A stretch of DNA of 64,000 nt from Chiloscyllium plagiosum (lineage: Eukaryota), in assembly GCF_004010195.1 (NCBI RefSeq), contig NC_057719.1, forward strand, positions 1,107,945-1,171,944, given 5' to 3'. The notes under the pieces are model-generated. The model worked only from the letters and a program-made list of their open reading frames with translations. It had not been told where the DNA came from and ran no database searches. Of the stretch, positions 36,375 through 47,737 are shown in pieces (within the stretch, counting starts at the first letter, position 1; every line of letters begins with the position of its first letter). The translations under genes were made by a program, and so were the position numbers.

Positions 36375-38414
36375 ATGCCAAGGCTGAGTCACAGTGAGTA
36401 CGTTCTCCAGCAGCTGAACAACCAGAGGGAGTGGGGATTCCTGTGTGACTGCTGCATCATCATTAATGACATCTACTTCCGAGCTCACCGCGCCGTGCTG
36501 ACCGCCTGCAGCTCCTACTTCCGAATGATGTTCATCAGCCAGCAGCTGACGGGGAACCTGAGCCTCAGCAACGTCAACATCAGCGCCGAGTGCTTCGACC
36601 TCATCCTGCAGATCATGTACCTGGGGAGGCTGGTCGGGGTCCCCTCGGACTTTGAGGAGCTGCGATCCGCCATGACCTTCCTGCAGCTCTACTACGTGCC
36701 CAAGAGTCTGGACGAACTGCAGCAGAGCGACGGCAAGGCCGCCCCGTCCCCCCCAGCGGCTGTGGCCCAGCCGAAAGGCGCCATGATGTTCGGGGTACGG
36801 ATGTACGAGGAGCGGCCGGGGGAGCTGGTCAAGAGGAGGCGGCGGGAACCGAGCCCCGAGGTTAACGGCCTCAGCGCTGCCCCCGCAGTTGCGCCACCGC
36901 CGCCTTCCCCCGCCGCCACCGCCACCGCCACCGCCGCCACCGCCGCCGCCACCACCACCATGGAGGCCCCGGCACGGAAGCAGGGTCGCCCGGGCCTAAA
37001 GGGCAGGCTTCACCCCCGCTTCGGCAAGTGCTACACGTGCGACTGCTGCGGCTTCGTCTTCAGCTGCGAGAAGCTGCTCAATGAGCATGCGCTGACCTGC
37101 AACAGCCGGCGCGCGCCTGCGCCCCCTGAGGGGCCGGAGCGCGAGGGCGAACCCGTTAAGGCGGGACCCAGCGGGCGGCCCGGCTCCGCGGAGCCGCCAT
37201 TGGCGCCGCCTGAGGAGAACGGCACGGGGGGCGGCCGCCCGGCGGTGAAGACGGAGCCCGACGACACGGCGGCCGTGGATCTGCACGACATCACCGTGGT
37301 GCAGGTGGCGGACGACGGCGAGCTCGCCTCGGACGACGACGTCGAGGAGAAGGCGCTGGCCTTCGAGGGGGCCGGCGGACTCCGCGGCGGCGGCGGGGGG
37401 CACCGGCCGTCGGAGGGTCACCCCAACTGGGCCGCGGAAGAGGACGAGGAGGAGGAGGACGATGATGAGGAGGAAGAGGAGGAGGAAGGGCGCACCTTGA
37501 AGCTGGAGCCGCAAGAGGGACGAGGCAGCCCGCTGGGGCCGGCCTGTGAGCTCTGCGGCGTGGCACTGCCGGAGAGTGAGCGCGCCGGCCATTATGTGGC
37601 CCACCACGTGGACAGCGTGTGCGCATGCGGCAAGTGTGGCCGCCTCCTGGTGAAGGGTGGCCGCTTGCAGGAGCACGCTGAGCGCTGCCTGGGCGGCCAC
37701 GACGCCCTGTACCCCTGGCAGGCCAGCAGCGGGCAGCCCGTACCCCCATCAACCCCGGCACCCCCGGGCGACTCGCCGCCAGGCCCTCAGCTGGCCAGGT
37801 TCACCTGCCAGGTGTGCGGGGGCAGCTTCAAACAGCGATACCAGCTACAGGAGCACATGTACCGGCACGTCGGCCGCCACTTCCAGTGCTCGCAGTGCGC
37901 CCGGGCCTTCGACCAGGAGAAGCTGTGGGTGGAGCACATTTCCCGCTGCATGTTTGGCCAGGCGCCCCGCGAAACCCCGTCCGAGAGGGTGGACCGGCGG
38001 AAGCACGTGTGTAACCTCTGCGGCAAGGCCTTTTACCAGCGGTGCCACCTGCGAGAGCACTTCACCACCCACACCAAGGAGAAGGAGTTTGCCTGCCAGA
38101 TCTGCGGCAAGGAGTTCCTGCGGGAACGCCTGCTCCGACTGCATTTGGACATGCACCGGGGAGATGCCCGTTATGTCTGCCCCAGGTGTGGCCAGGGCAG
38201 CTACCGCAAGCATGACCACCTGCGCCACATGGTGTCTCATCTGGTGGGCCGAGAGGTCATCTGTGAGGTCTGCTTCCAGGTGTTTGAGGATGGGGAGCTG
38301 CTGGAACGTCACACTGACGTCCACCTTCACACCTGCACCTTGTGTGGGGACAAGTTCAAACTGAAGAAGGAGCTCACTATGCACCATCTAACCAGCCACA
38401 CCAAGAAGCTGTGA
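36375..38414 (+). CDS. ZBTB1: Zinc finger and BTB domain-containing protein 1 (679 aa, single coding exon)
   Basis: Uninterrupted ORF. The N-terminal BTB domain (SHSEYVLQQLNNQREWGFLCDCCI...ISAECFDLILQIMYLG), the MFGVRMYE motif, CDCCGFVFSCEKLLNEH and the C-terminal C2H2 array (HVCNLCGKAFYQRCHLREH, CGKEFLRERLLRLH, RKHDHLRHM) all match vertebrate ZBTB1 as I recall it. GC/CpG-rich compared with the flanks. Confidence 0.95.
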   Translation: MPRLSHSEYVLQQLNNQREWGFLCDCCIIINDIYFRAHRAVLTACSSYFRMMFISQQLTGNLSLSNVNISAECFDLILQIMYLGRLVGVPSDFEELRSAMTFLQLYYVPKSLDELQQSDGKAAPSPPAAVAQPKGAMMFGVRMYEERPGELVKRRRREPSPEVNGLSAAPAVAPPPPSPAATATATAATAAATTTMEAPARKQGRPGLKGRLHPRFGKCYTCDCCGFVFSCEKLLNEHALTCNSRRAPAPPEGPEREGEPVKAGPSGRPGSAEPPLAPPEENGTGGGRPAVKTEPDDTAAVDLHDITVVQVADDGELASDDDVEEKALAFEGAGGLRGGGGGHRPSEGHPNWAAEEDEEEEDDDEEEEEEEGRTLKLEPQEGRGSPLGPACELCGVALPESERAGHYVAHHVDSVCACGKCGRLLVKGGRLQEHAERCLGGHDALYPWQASSGQPVPPSTPAPPGDSPPGPQLARFTCQVCGGSFKQRYQLQEHMYRHVGRHFQCSQCARAFDQEKLWVEHISRCMFGQAPRETPSERVDRRKHVCNLCGKAFYQRCHLREHFTTHTKEKEFACQICGKEFLRERLLRLHLDMHRGDARYVCPRCGQGSYRKHDHLRHMVSHLVGREVICEVCFQVFEDGELLERHTDVHLHTCTLCGDKFKLKKELTMHHLTSHTKKL

Positions 38415-39589
38415 GTGACTACCCCTACCCTCCTAAAGTATTCCACTGGACCTGCCGTAAACCTGCCTGGAGTTTGCTTTCAGTGGGATGATCCATCCCA
38501 CCTCCTCACCTTTTTGGCTTCTCTGGTGTTGTCCTCCCTGGCATTATTCACCAGAGAACTGATCCCAGCAAGGCCCAACGTTCATCGCACCCCTTGCCAG
38601 AATGTCACGACTGGTAATAGTAATCCCAAATCACGTCCCTACAAGAAACCATCACGCAGAGGATGTTGGAGAAACTCAGCAGGTCTGGCAGCAAAGAGAG
38701 AAACAAAGTTAATGTTTCAAAGTCTGGTATCATACTTCAGAAATGTCCTTTGCTCCGACTGTCAGCATTATGAACTCAAAATGAGATCATATGTCTCAGG
38801 ACTGGGATCCCGTGGGATGGTTGGACATAGTATCGCTGACACACAGAGGAGGAACTGACACTGTTGACTTTAATTCCATAATATAAAGCTCAGATTTATC
38901 AAGTATATCTCATTGATTATTATGTGATATTTGGGAACCAAGACCTGGATGGTGCTTTCTCCATTGTAATGGCAATTGACAATTTGCACATGGCTGTAGG
39001 AATGCAATGTATTTTTAAAATGTCCGCTTTTCCCATCTCAGAATGATGGTCTAATTTCATTACTCTGTTTAAGAACACTTGTTCACAATCAGGAATAGGT
39101 TTTTGTTGTGCAAAAGCACTGGGACTAACAACTGACCGAGGCACACCTTTACCTAATATTAAAATAGAATGCTGGAGGAATTCAGCAGGTCTGGCAGCAT
39201 CTGTGAAGAGAGAAACAGTAAACATTTTGAGTCAGGTATGACTCCTTTAAGGTCCTTTTAAGGAAAAATCATACTTGACTCAACATTAGCTCCACATTGT
39301 TCTCTCCGCAGATGCTGCTGATCTGCTGAGTTTCTCCAGCACTCCCTGTGGTTGTTTCAGATCTCTAGCATCCACAGCACTTTGCTTTTACATCTGGACC
39401 TGTATCTAAACATCAACTGGAGAAGGCAGAATTGTTCTCTTTTGAAGTAGAGATGGTTAAGGCAAGATTTGAATTCTGTGTTCCAAATTGCCCCTTACGT
39501 TTCTGACAGGTTAACTAAGAACTACTTCCAGAAGCATACACAGATTGACTGTAATTAAAGAAAAAAGCAGACAGGGAACTAGATCTCTA

Positions 39590-40280
39590 AAACATGGAAA
39601 ACAGTCCTTCGGCCCATTGAGTATGCTCATGTCAAAATGGTTAACTGTCTAATCCTGTTTTCCAGCACGTGGCCCATTGCGTTGTATACCTTGACATCAC
39701 GAGTGCACATTTAAATACTATGTCAAAGTTATGAGAGTTTTTCCATCTACCAGCCTTACTGGCAGTGAATTCCAGATTCCCATCACCCTCTGGGTGAAAA
39801 AGCATTGCCTCTCTTTCCCTCTAAATCTTCTATTCCTTACCTTAAATGTCTGTATCCACTTGTTAATCTTCCCATCAAAGGGAAACATCTCAACCATGTG
39901 CCCCTCAGTCTCCTCTGCTCCCAATCTGTCTTTCATAAGTGAAACTTTCCAGCCGAGGCAATATCCTGGTAAATATCCTCTGTCCCCTCTCCGGTGCTGA
40001 CGTATCCCTCCTTTAAGGTAGACTCCAGAACTGCACACAATACTCTAGCTGTGGCCTAACCAAAGTTTTATGCAGTTCCGGCGTAACTTTCCTGCTGTTC
40101 AACTCTATGCCTTGACTAAAAAAGGCAAAGAATCCCCATATGCCATCTTAACCACTTTATCGACCTGTCCTTCCACCATAAGGGGCAGGTGTTCATGTAA
40201 ACCAAGGTCCCTCTGATCCTCGGTGCTACACGGGGTTATACTTTTCATTATGTATTCTCTTGCCTTATTTATCCTGCAGG
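39590..40280 (-). mobile_element. CR1 3' fragment within the putative ZBTB1 3' UTR
   Basis: FFTQRVMGIWNSLP. Confidence 0.75.
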
Positions 40281-40731
40281 ATTGAGCAGTGGCTGGTGCT
40301 GAGGAGTAATCTGACTCTAATGTCTGCTGTCCTGGAGATTCTCGTCTGCAGAATCTCCCCTGCCCCTAATCCTCACAGTGGGTCAGACCTGTCCTTTGAT
40401 AATGAGAGGGGCCATGGGATCAAAGCACTCGATCCATGAGTACAGCAGCAGCTGCTTCCCAGGCAGTACTTTAACCAGTTCTCTGTGCCCCCCCTCCCTC
40501 TTCATAAGCCATCTCTGCCTCTCTCTTGATCTCTTGGATGCTGTGTGCTGCCCCCTTCATTGCTAATTTTGGACAATCAAACAGCAATATTGCTAATTTA
40601 AGGAGTCAGAATGTTTGCAGATTGTAACCAGCTGATTTCACTGGGTCTTGCCTTACAATAGTAGTACACAAAGTCACCTGTGAATTGATGTTCTGTTTAG
40701 AGACTGGTGGAGTTTTTTAAATTCCATTTTT

Positions 40732-40800
40732 AATAAAATGTTCAGTATGTATGCAGCAACACTAATTGGGAGTCCTGTTTTTATGTTGTTTGATTTTTGC
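40732..40800 (+). terminator. Candidate ZBTB1 polyadenylation signal
   Basis: AATAAA at 40732-40737 in non-repeat sequence, followed by a GT/T-rich element (TGTTTTTATGTTGTTTGATTTTTG). Implies a 3' UTR of about 2.3 kb. Confidence 0.4.
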
Positions 40801-41689
40801 AATTTGTTCTTCTTGCCCTCAGTACACTCCACCACTCCCTCATCCCAGAATGGTCACAGTTTCACCAGCAAGCTTCGATATGCCCATGCAGAGAAGTCAG
40901 CCTGAGCGTGGCTATGCACTGATCTTAGCTTCCATCCGATAATCATCTTTGTGACCCTGATTGACTTTCTGACCTTTCATCTCATCAAGATTACCAATTT
41001 TAAGGGTATAATGGAATACTTCCCACTTGCCTGGATGGGTGCAGCTCCGGGACAAAGCAGTCTAGTTCATTGGCACCAGATCCATAAATAACCAATACTC
41101 TGTGCAGCATCTATATGATGCAAACTCTCATATGATTCACCACGTTTACCAATGTCCTTTAGTGAAGGAAACTGCAATCCTTACCTGGTCTGGACTTCAT
41201 GTAACTCCTAGAGCCACAGCAATGTGGCTCACTTATAACTGCCTCTTTGGATGGATAGTAAATGCTGACCTAGCCAGCAATAGCCTCATTTTGTGAATGA
41301 TAAAAAGAATAATTTGCATGGCAATATTCATCACCCCACACCATCTCCCACCCTGAAAGTATTTGCAATGGATAATCCGGTGTGGAAAATAATGGGACTC
41401 TGTTCCTAGAGTCATTTTGGAATTGCTTACACCATGTGTAGACAGCATTGGTTCAAAAAATATTATTTAAACAAAAGCTGTAACACAAAAGGACTTTGGG
41501 GTTACTCACAAATGAAACAGAAAGTTAGCATAAGGTGCAGCAGGTAATCAGAAAAGTGAATGGAATGTTGGCCCTTCACGGGGGTTGGAGTATAAGAGTA
41601 GGGAAGTCTTAACTACAACTGCACAAGGTGTTGGTGAGACCACATTTGGAGTACATTGGGAAGAAAGAATTAATGTTTTGAGACTGGTC

Positions 41690-43025
41690 ATTCTTTTCAT
41701 TTGATTTATTCTAGCCACATGTTCCTAAGTACTGTGAAAAGTTTTGCAACTAGTACAGGCAAATCATAGCAAGCAAGGACATATAGATAATAGGATACGT
41801 AGAGTGTGGCATACACGTTACAACTGCACAAGAGGTCCGCAAAGCAAGATCAAAATTATTTGAAGTTATTCAGCGGTCTAATAATGGCAGGGAAGAAGCT
41901 GTTCTTTAACCTGGCCAAATGTGTGTTCAAGCTTCTGTATCTTCTGCCTGATGGAAAAGGTGGAAGAGAAGATTACTGGGGTGGGAAGGGTCTTTATGAC
42001 ATTGACAGCCTTTCTGCAGCAACGAGACATGTAAATGGATAGGAAATTGGCTTCTGTGATGGTCTGGGCTGTGCACACAACTTTCTGTAGTTTCTTACAG
42101 TCCTGGGCAGAGCAGTTGCTGCACCAGGCAGTTGTTGCAACTGGATAGTATGCTTCCTGTGGTGCACCTATAAAAGTTGGTTTGGATCCTTAAGGATATA
42201 CTGAATTTCCTAAGGCACCTGAGGAAGAAGAGGCATTGTTGTGCCTTGATCTTTGCATCTACATGTAAAGTCCGGAATAGATTGTTGGTTATCGTCACCC
42301 CTCGGTGATGCTATCGATCCTTCCACCCAACGTTGATGTAGAATGGGGTGAGTCCTCCTCTTCCTGAAGTCTATGATCAGTTTTTTTGTTTTACAGACAT
42401 TGAAAGAGGCAGTTTGTTAGACCACGACATCAAGCCCTCTATCCCCTTCCTGTATTCTCGCTGATCATTGTTTTGATACCCATCCTACCATGGTGGTGTC
42501 GTCAGCAAACTTGTGGATGGCATTCAATTGGAATTTGACTACATAGGCAAGGGTGCATGTGGGGCAAGTCGGGGCTGAGAACCCTTCCTTGGGAAGCGCC
42601 AGCGTTGAGGGATATCGTGGAGGAGGTACCGTTTATCTTCATTGATTGCAGTCTGTGGTTCAGGCATCTGAGGATCCAGCTGCAGAGTGCGGAACTGAGA
42701 CCTACCTATGTCTCGGAGTTTTGAGATTAGTCTGGAGGAGACTTAATGGTGTTGAAGGCAGAGCTGTAGTGGATGAGTGAGTATAGGTGTCCTTGTTGTC
42801 CAGATATTCCAGGAACGAGTGTAGAGCTAGGGAAATGACATCCACTGTGGACTTGTTTTCATCAGTTGGCAAATTACTGGGGATCGAGGCAGGCTGGGAG
42901 GTTAGAGTTGATGTGGACCATGACCAGCCCCTCGAAGCACTTCATGATTATAGACGTCAAAGCTATTGGGCGGTAGTCATTCGGGCATGTTACACGTGTT
43001 TCTTTGGTACTGCGATGATTCTCAT
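41690..43025 (-). mobile_element. Rex1/Babar-like RT fragment
   Basis: [21 protein letters not shown]...LDPQ; KAQQCLFFLRCLRKF...NFYRCTTGSILS. Confidence 0.82.
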
Positions 43026-43279
43026 TAGAGACAATAAAATTGCAGATGCTGGAATCCAAGCAGCAGGCTGGAAAAACACTGCAGGCCAGGTAGCAGCAAG
43101 AGGGGGAGAAGTCAACATTTCAGGTGTAATCCTCCTTCAGGACTTCAGTCTAACTGAGATGATCTTCGTCAGAACATTATCACCAGTTTCTGGACTTGAA
43201 ACATTAGCTCTGCTGTCTTCCTATAGATGAATAAATGGTTTTATTGTCATATGCATTTTACAGTAAAAATACAGAAATG

Positions 43280-44560
43280 TAGAAAATAGGTGCAGGAGTA
43301 GGTCATTCAGCCCTTCAAGCCTGCAGCACCATTCAACATGATCATGGCTAATCATGCAATCTCAGTATCCCATTCCCCGCTTACTCTCCATATCCCTTGA
43401 TCCCTTTAGCCGCAAGGGCAATGTCCAGCTCCCTCTTGGATATATCTGATAAAGTGGCCCCAACAGCTTCCTGTGGGAAAGGATTCCACATATTCACAAT
43501 TCTGACTGAAGAAATTCCTCCTCATCTCAGTCCTGAATGGCTTGTCCCTTATTTTTAGACTGTGACTCCTAGTTCTGGACTTCCCCAACATCAGGGAACA
43601 TTCTTCTTGCATCTAGCCTATCCAGTCCCATCAGGAATTTAGATTAGATTAGATTACCTACAGTGTAGAAACAGGCCCTTCGGCCCAACAAGTACACACC
43701 GATCCTCTTATGAGAAACCACCCTTCCTATATTTACTCCTGACTGGTCCACCTAACACTACGGGCAATTTAGCATAGCCAATTCACCTAACCTGCACATT
43801 TTAGGACTGTGGTGGGAAACCGGAAGAAACCCACGCAAGCATGGGGAGAATGTGCAAACTCTACAAAGACAGTTGCCCGAAGCAGGAATTGAACCTGGGT
43901 CCTTGGCGCTGTGAGGCAGCAGTGCTAACCACTGAGCCACCGTGCTTTAATTTACATATTTCTATGAGATTCCCCCTCATTCTTCTAAATTGCAGCATGT
44001 ACAAACCCATTTGATCCCGTATTTCCTCACATATCAGTCCTGCCATTCTGGGAATCAGTCTGGTGAACCTTTGCTGGACTTCCTCAGTGGAAGAATGTCC
44101 TTCCTCAGATTAGGAGACCAAAACTGCACACAATACTCATGATGTGGCCTCACCAAGGCCCTGCAACAAAACATCCTTACTCTGATACATGAATCCTCTC
44201 ACTATGAAGGCCAGCATGCCAATCGCTTTCCTCCCTGACTGCTATATCTGCACACCAACCTTCAAACGACCATTCCATCATGACACCCAGGTCTCATTAC
44301 ATCTCACCTTTTCCTAAACTGCCATCATTCAGATAATAATCTGCCGCCTTGTTTTTGCCACCAAAGTGGATAACTTCACATTTATTCACATTACATTGCA
44401 TTTGCTAAGCATTTGTCCACTCAGCCTATCTGTCCAAGTCACCTTGCAGCTTCTTAGCGTCCTCCTTACAGCACCCACTGACACCCAGCTGAGTGTCATC
44501 TGAAAACTTGGAGAAATGGCTTTCAATTCCTTCGTTCAAATTGTTGATGTATATTATGAA
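43280..44560 (-). mobile_element. CR1 LINE 3' half with nested HE1 SINE
   Basis: FRRMRGNLIE; SRTRSHSLKIRDKPFRTEMRRNFF. Confidence 0.82.
43641..43945 (-). mobile_element. HE1-type V-SINE (tRNA-derived)
   Basis: A box, B box GGTTCAATTCC, core GAGTTTGCACATTCTCCCC, CR1-like tail with (TCTAA)n. Confidence 0.85.
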
Positions 44561-45021
44561 CATAAAAATATAGTGAAATCTCTCATTTCTCTCCACAATT
44601 AGGTGCCATGTTCAATAATTTAAGAATAAAGAAAAGAAAGATCTATCTTAAAGAGAGTCCATCAGTATTCAATGATGCCTGTGCTGCCATCCCTACTCCA
44701 CCCCTTCTATGCCATCTACACCGAACTCAACCAGTACCGACGTCGCTGATCTTCAGGTGATATCTTTACTACTGGACTGATCCTCCCCCACCACTGCCTG
44801 TGCTGGATCAACTAACATCAGAGTCATGTCTCTTGCCACTGGACCACCTTATTGATGTCACTGTAATATTCTTCTGCCACTGCTTCACCACCGCCAAACC
44901 CAAACAACAACGAAGTCACCAATCCGAAGGCACCATCTTTAGCCGCTGGGCCTACCACCACCTTTGCCAAAGTAACAGCCGCCCATTCTGATGCTCACCA
45001 TGGAAAAGTAAGTAAGGGCTT

Positions 45022-45225
45022 GCTTGAGGTCTGTGCTAGGCCTGTGTGAGGTCAATGCACTGGGCCCTCTCAAGGTCTGCGCTGGGCCCACTCGAGGTCC
45101 ATGCTGTGCCAGATCAAGTCCACTACGGGCTCGCTTGAGGTCTGTGCACTGGGCCCAAGCTTTTGGTTTGCTTGAGGTCTGGGCTCATGCAAGATCCACG
45201 CTGGGGCCATTTGAGGTCTGTGAAG
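45022..45225. repeat. Degenerate ~22-24 bp tandem repeat (TTGAGGTCTGTGCT.GGCC)
   Basis: About 8 copies of GAGGTC-like units. Confidence 0.6.
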
Positions 45226-46289
45226 GGCTTTCGCTGTCACCAATGCCATCCAAGCTCAGGTCAAGAGGTGTTTAAAGGTACAGAGAGAGAAAAACATAAG
45301 TAGAGAGAGATAAAAGAAGAAACAAAAGAGCCCTATTCTGATGCAATCTAGCTCACAGTCTGAGCTACCAGACCTGCCGGGTTTTGCCAGCAATTTCTAT
45401 TCAGAACTGCAGCATCCACTTATTTAAGTAAAGATAGTATTTCATTGCAGGCAGTTTAGAGGGACTTCACTAAGATGATTCTCTATATGGAGGGATTGTC
45501 TTATGAGCAAAGGTTAAACAGGCTGGGACTCTACTCACTGGAGTTTAGAAGCATGAGAGATAATCTCATTGAAACTTATTGGATTCTTAACCGGCCTGAC
45601 AAGATAAATGCCAAGAGCATGTTTCCTCCCATGCGAGTGTAGTGGACCAAAGGGTGTAGAATAAAGGCGCACCAACTGAAGACTGACATGAGGAGGAATT
45701 TATTCTCATAGTTATACAGCGTAGAAACAGGTTTTTAGCCCACAATATCTTTGCAGACCAAGAAATACCAAATTAATCCCATTTACCTGCACATAGCCAA
45801 CTGTGCACTAACATTTTAAGTGCTCATCAAGATTTTTTAAAAATGTTACGAGAGTACATGCCTCCACCACCCTCTCAGGCACCCTGTGGATGAATTTTTT
45901 TCCTCAAATCTGCTCTAAACCACTTAGTCCTCATCTTAGACTTATGACCTCATTTTAGAGAGATCTAGAACATGGAAAGATTCTCATGATCTATCCTATC
46001 TATGCTTCTCATAATTTTGTAAAACACAATCAGATCCTCTTGCAGCCGTAGCTCCAAGGAAAAGTCTGTCCTCGTAACTGAGACTTTACATCCCAAGCAA
46101 CATCCTGGTGAATCTCCTCTGCACCCGTTCCAATGCAATCACATTCCCTCTGTTTTGGAGGCTTGACTGTCTTTGGAACTCCTTGCTACAAAGAACTATG
46201 GAGGTCGATTCCTTGTGTACATTTAAGGCTCTGCTAGAAAGATTCAGGGAATCATTGGGTAATGGGAAAAGGCTGGAAAGTGGATGTAA

Positions 46290-46620
46290 GGATTCTGGAT
46301 TAGTGGTGCTGGAAGAGCACAGCAGTTCAGGCAGCATCCAAGGAGCTTCGAAATCGACGTTTCGGGCAAAAGCCCTTCATCAGGAATAAAGCATTGTCAA
46401 TCAACCATGACCCTATTGAATGATGCTAGGAGAAAGTGAGGTGCTGGAGATCAGAGTTGAGAGTGTGCTGCTGGAAAAGCACAGCAGGAAAGGCAGCATC
46501 CGAGGAGCAGGAGAATTGACCTTTCAGGCAAGAGCCCTTTGTTAGGCATTCCAAAATGTCGATTCTCCTGTTCCTCGGATGCTGCTGGACCTGCTGGGCT
46601 TTTACAACAACACACTCTAG
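46290..46620. mobile_element. Two Penelope-terminal insertions just upstream of the HSP70 promoter
   Basis: 46293-46390 has an intact minus-strand hammerhead; 46428-46620 is an inverted pair. Confidence 0.8.
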
Positions 46621-46949
46621 AACGTATTGAACGATGCGGCAGGATCGTTTTATGGCGGACAAAGAAAGTACTTGTGACAGTGATTTTAATTTCATGTGAA
46701 TGAACATAAAATGGGATGACCCTATTTAGAATTTTCACAACTTTAAACATCTCCACTCCAAGGCACATAAATATGGGTTTGTTCAAACTTTCCCTTGTAA
46801 GTTAACCTTTGTGATCCAATTCTTCAGGACAGAAGACCTTCAATGTTTTCTTGATAAGTGAGTAAAGGACCTGAAAATAGTCAATAGTTGTAGGGCACTC
46901 TCAGGGTAAGTTGCAATGAACTGCATCATGTGTCCATTTCCCACCTCTA

Positions 46950-47420
46950 CTCCCACGTGGTGCCGTTGTATCCAGTGGCAAATGTAATCATTCAAACTGC
47001 CACCTTCCGCGCTGTCGGCCTCTTCGATTGGGCATCCGTTTGTCCAATCAGATCAGACCCCTTCGGTACTGCCGCACGTGGGCAGGCCCCGCCAAACCGT
47101 CAACTCTGTGCCCACGCCCCCTTCGCCAGCTCCAATAAAACGCGTCCTTTGTTTGGATTGGTCGTTGCCCCCCCACGTGCCGAAGAGCGGTGACGCCAGG
47201 GCTGGAAGATCATTCGTCGCCCATCGGTTGCATCATTGCCCCACGTGCGCGCCGCCGAAACGCGACGCCTGATTGGTTAATGTCCGCTTACGTTATCCCA
47301 CACGTGACAATCAGGAGAAGCGCGGCGTTCCTATTGGCCAGAGGGGTGCGAAGCGGGAAAGCAAAATGGCGGCCCGTTTGTATAAAAGGCTCGAGCAGGG
47401 CAAACGGACAGCTGCCTGTC
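46950..47420 (+). promoter_or_regulatory. HSP70 CpG-island promoter: TATA box, YY1-like site, six CCAAT boxes, five CACGTG E-boxes
   Basis: TATAAAA at 47381-47387; CAAAATGGCGGC at 47362-47373; CCAAT/ATTGG at 47027, 47044, 47132, 47157, 47272, 47333; CACGTG at 46954, 47075, 47174, 47242, 47301. Confidence 0.85.
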
Positions 47421-47454
47421 GCCCTCAGCTTGGTCGTGGCCGTTACCCGGCGTA

Positions 47455-47737
47455 ATGGCGGCCCATTCCCTGGCCGTCGGTATCGACTTGGGCACCACCT
47501 ACTCGTGCGTCGGCGTCTTTCAGCACGGCAAGGTGGAGATCATCGCCAACGACCAGGGGAACCGCACCACCCCTAGCTACGTGGCCTTCACCGACACGGA
47601 GCGGCTGATCGGCGACCCCGCCAAGAACCAGGTGGCCATGAACCCCACCAACACCGTCTTCGACGCCAAGAGGCTCATCGGCCGCAACTTCGACGACACG
47701 ACGGTACAGACCGACATCAAGCACTGGCCCTTTACCG
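47455..47737 (+). CDS. Cytosolic HSP70 (HSPA2/HSC70-like), first coding exon only; no further exon seen in the window
   Basis: [94 protein letters not shown] contains the HSP70 signature IDLGTTYS. Homology ends exactly at a G|GTGAGT donor (GT at 47738, phase 1). Its position after ZBTB1 suggests HSPA2 orthology. Confidence 0.92.

Noticed and set aside
36692..38387. Antisense and alternate-frame ORFs over ZBTB1 (234, 235, 180, 156 aa)
   Set aside because: Shadow ORFs expected from a GC-rich coding exon.
47040..47310. ER-stress elements (CCAAT-N9-CCACG or ATTGG-N-CCACG) implying BiP/HSPA5
   Set aside because: Spacing does not match either consensus, and the protein has no signal peptide and a cytosolic-type sequence.
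47614..47625. GDPAK instead of the usual GDAAK as a sign of HSP70 pseudogenisation
   Set aside because: Single substitution that I recall in other functional HSP70s; promoter, frame and donor are intact.
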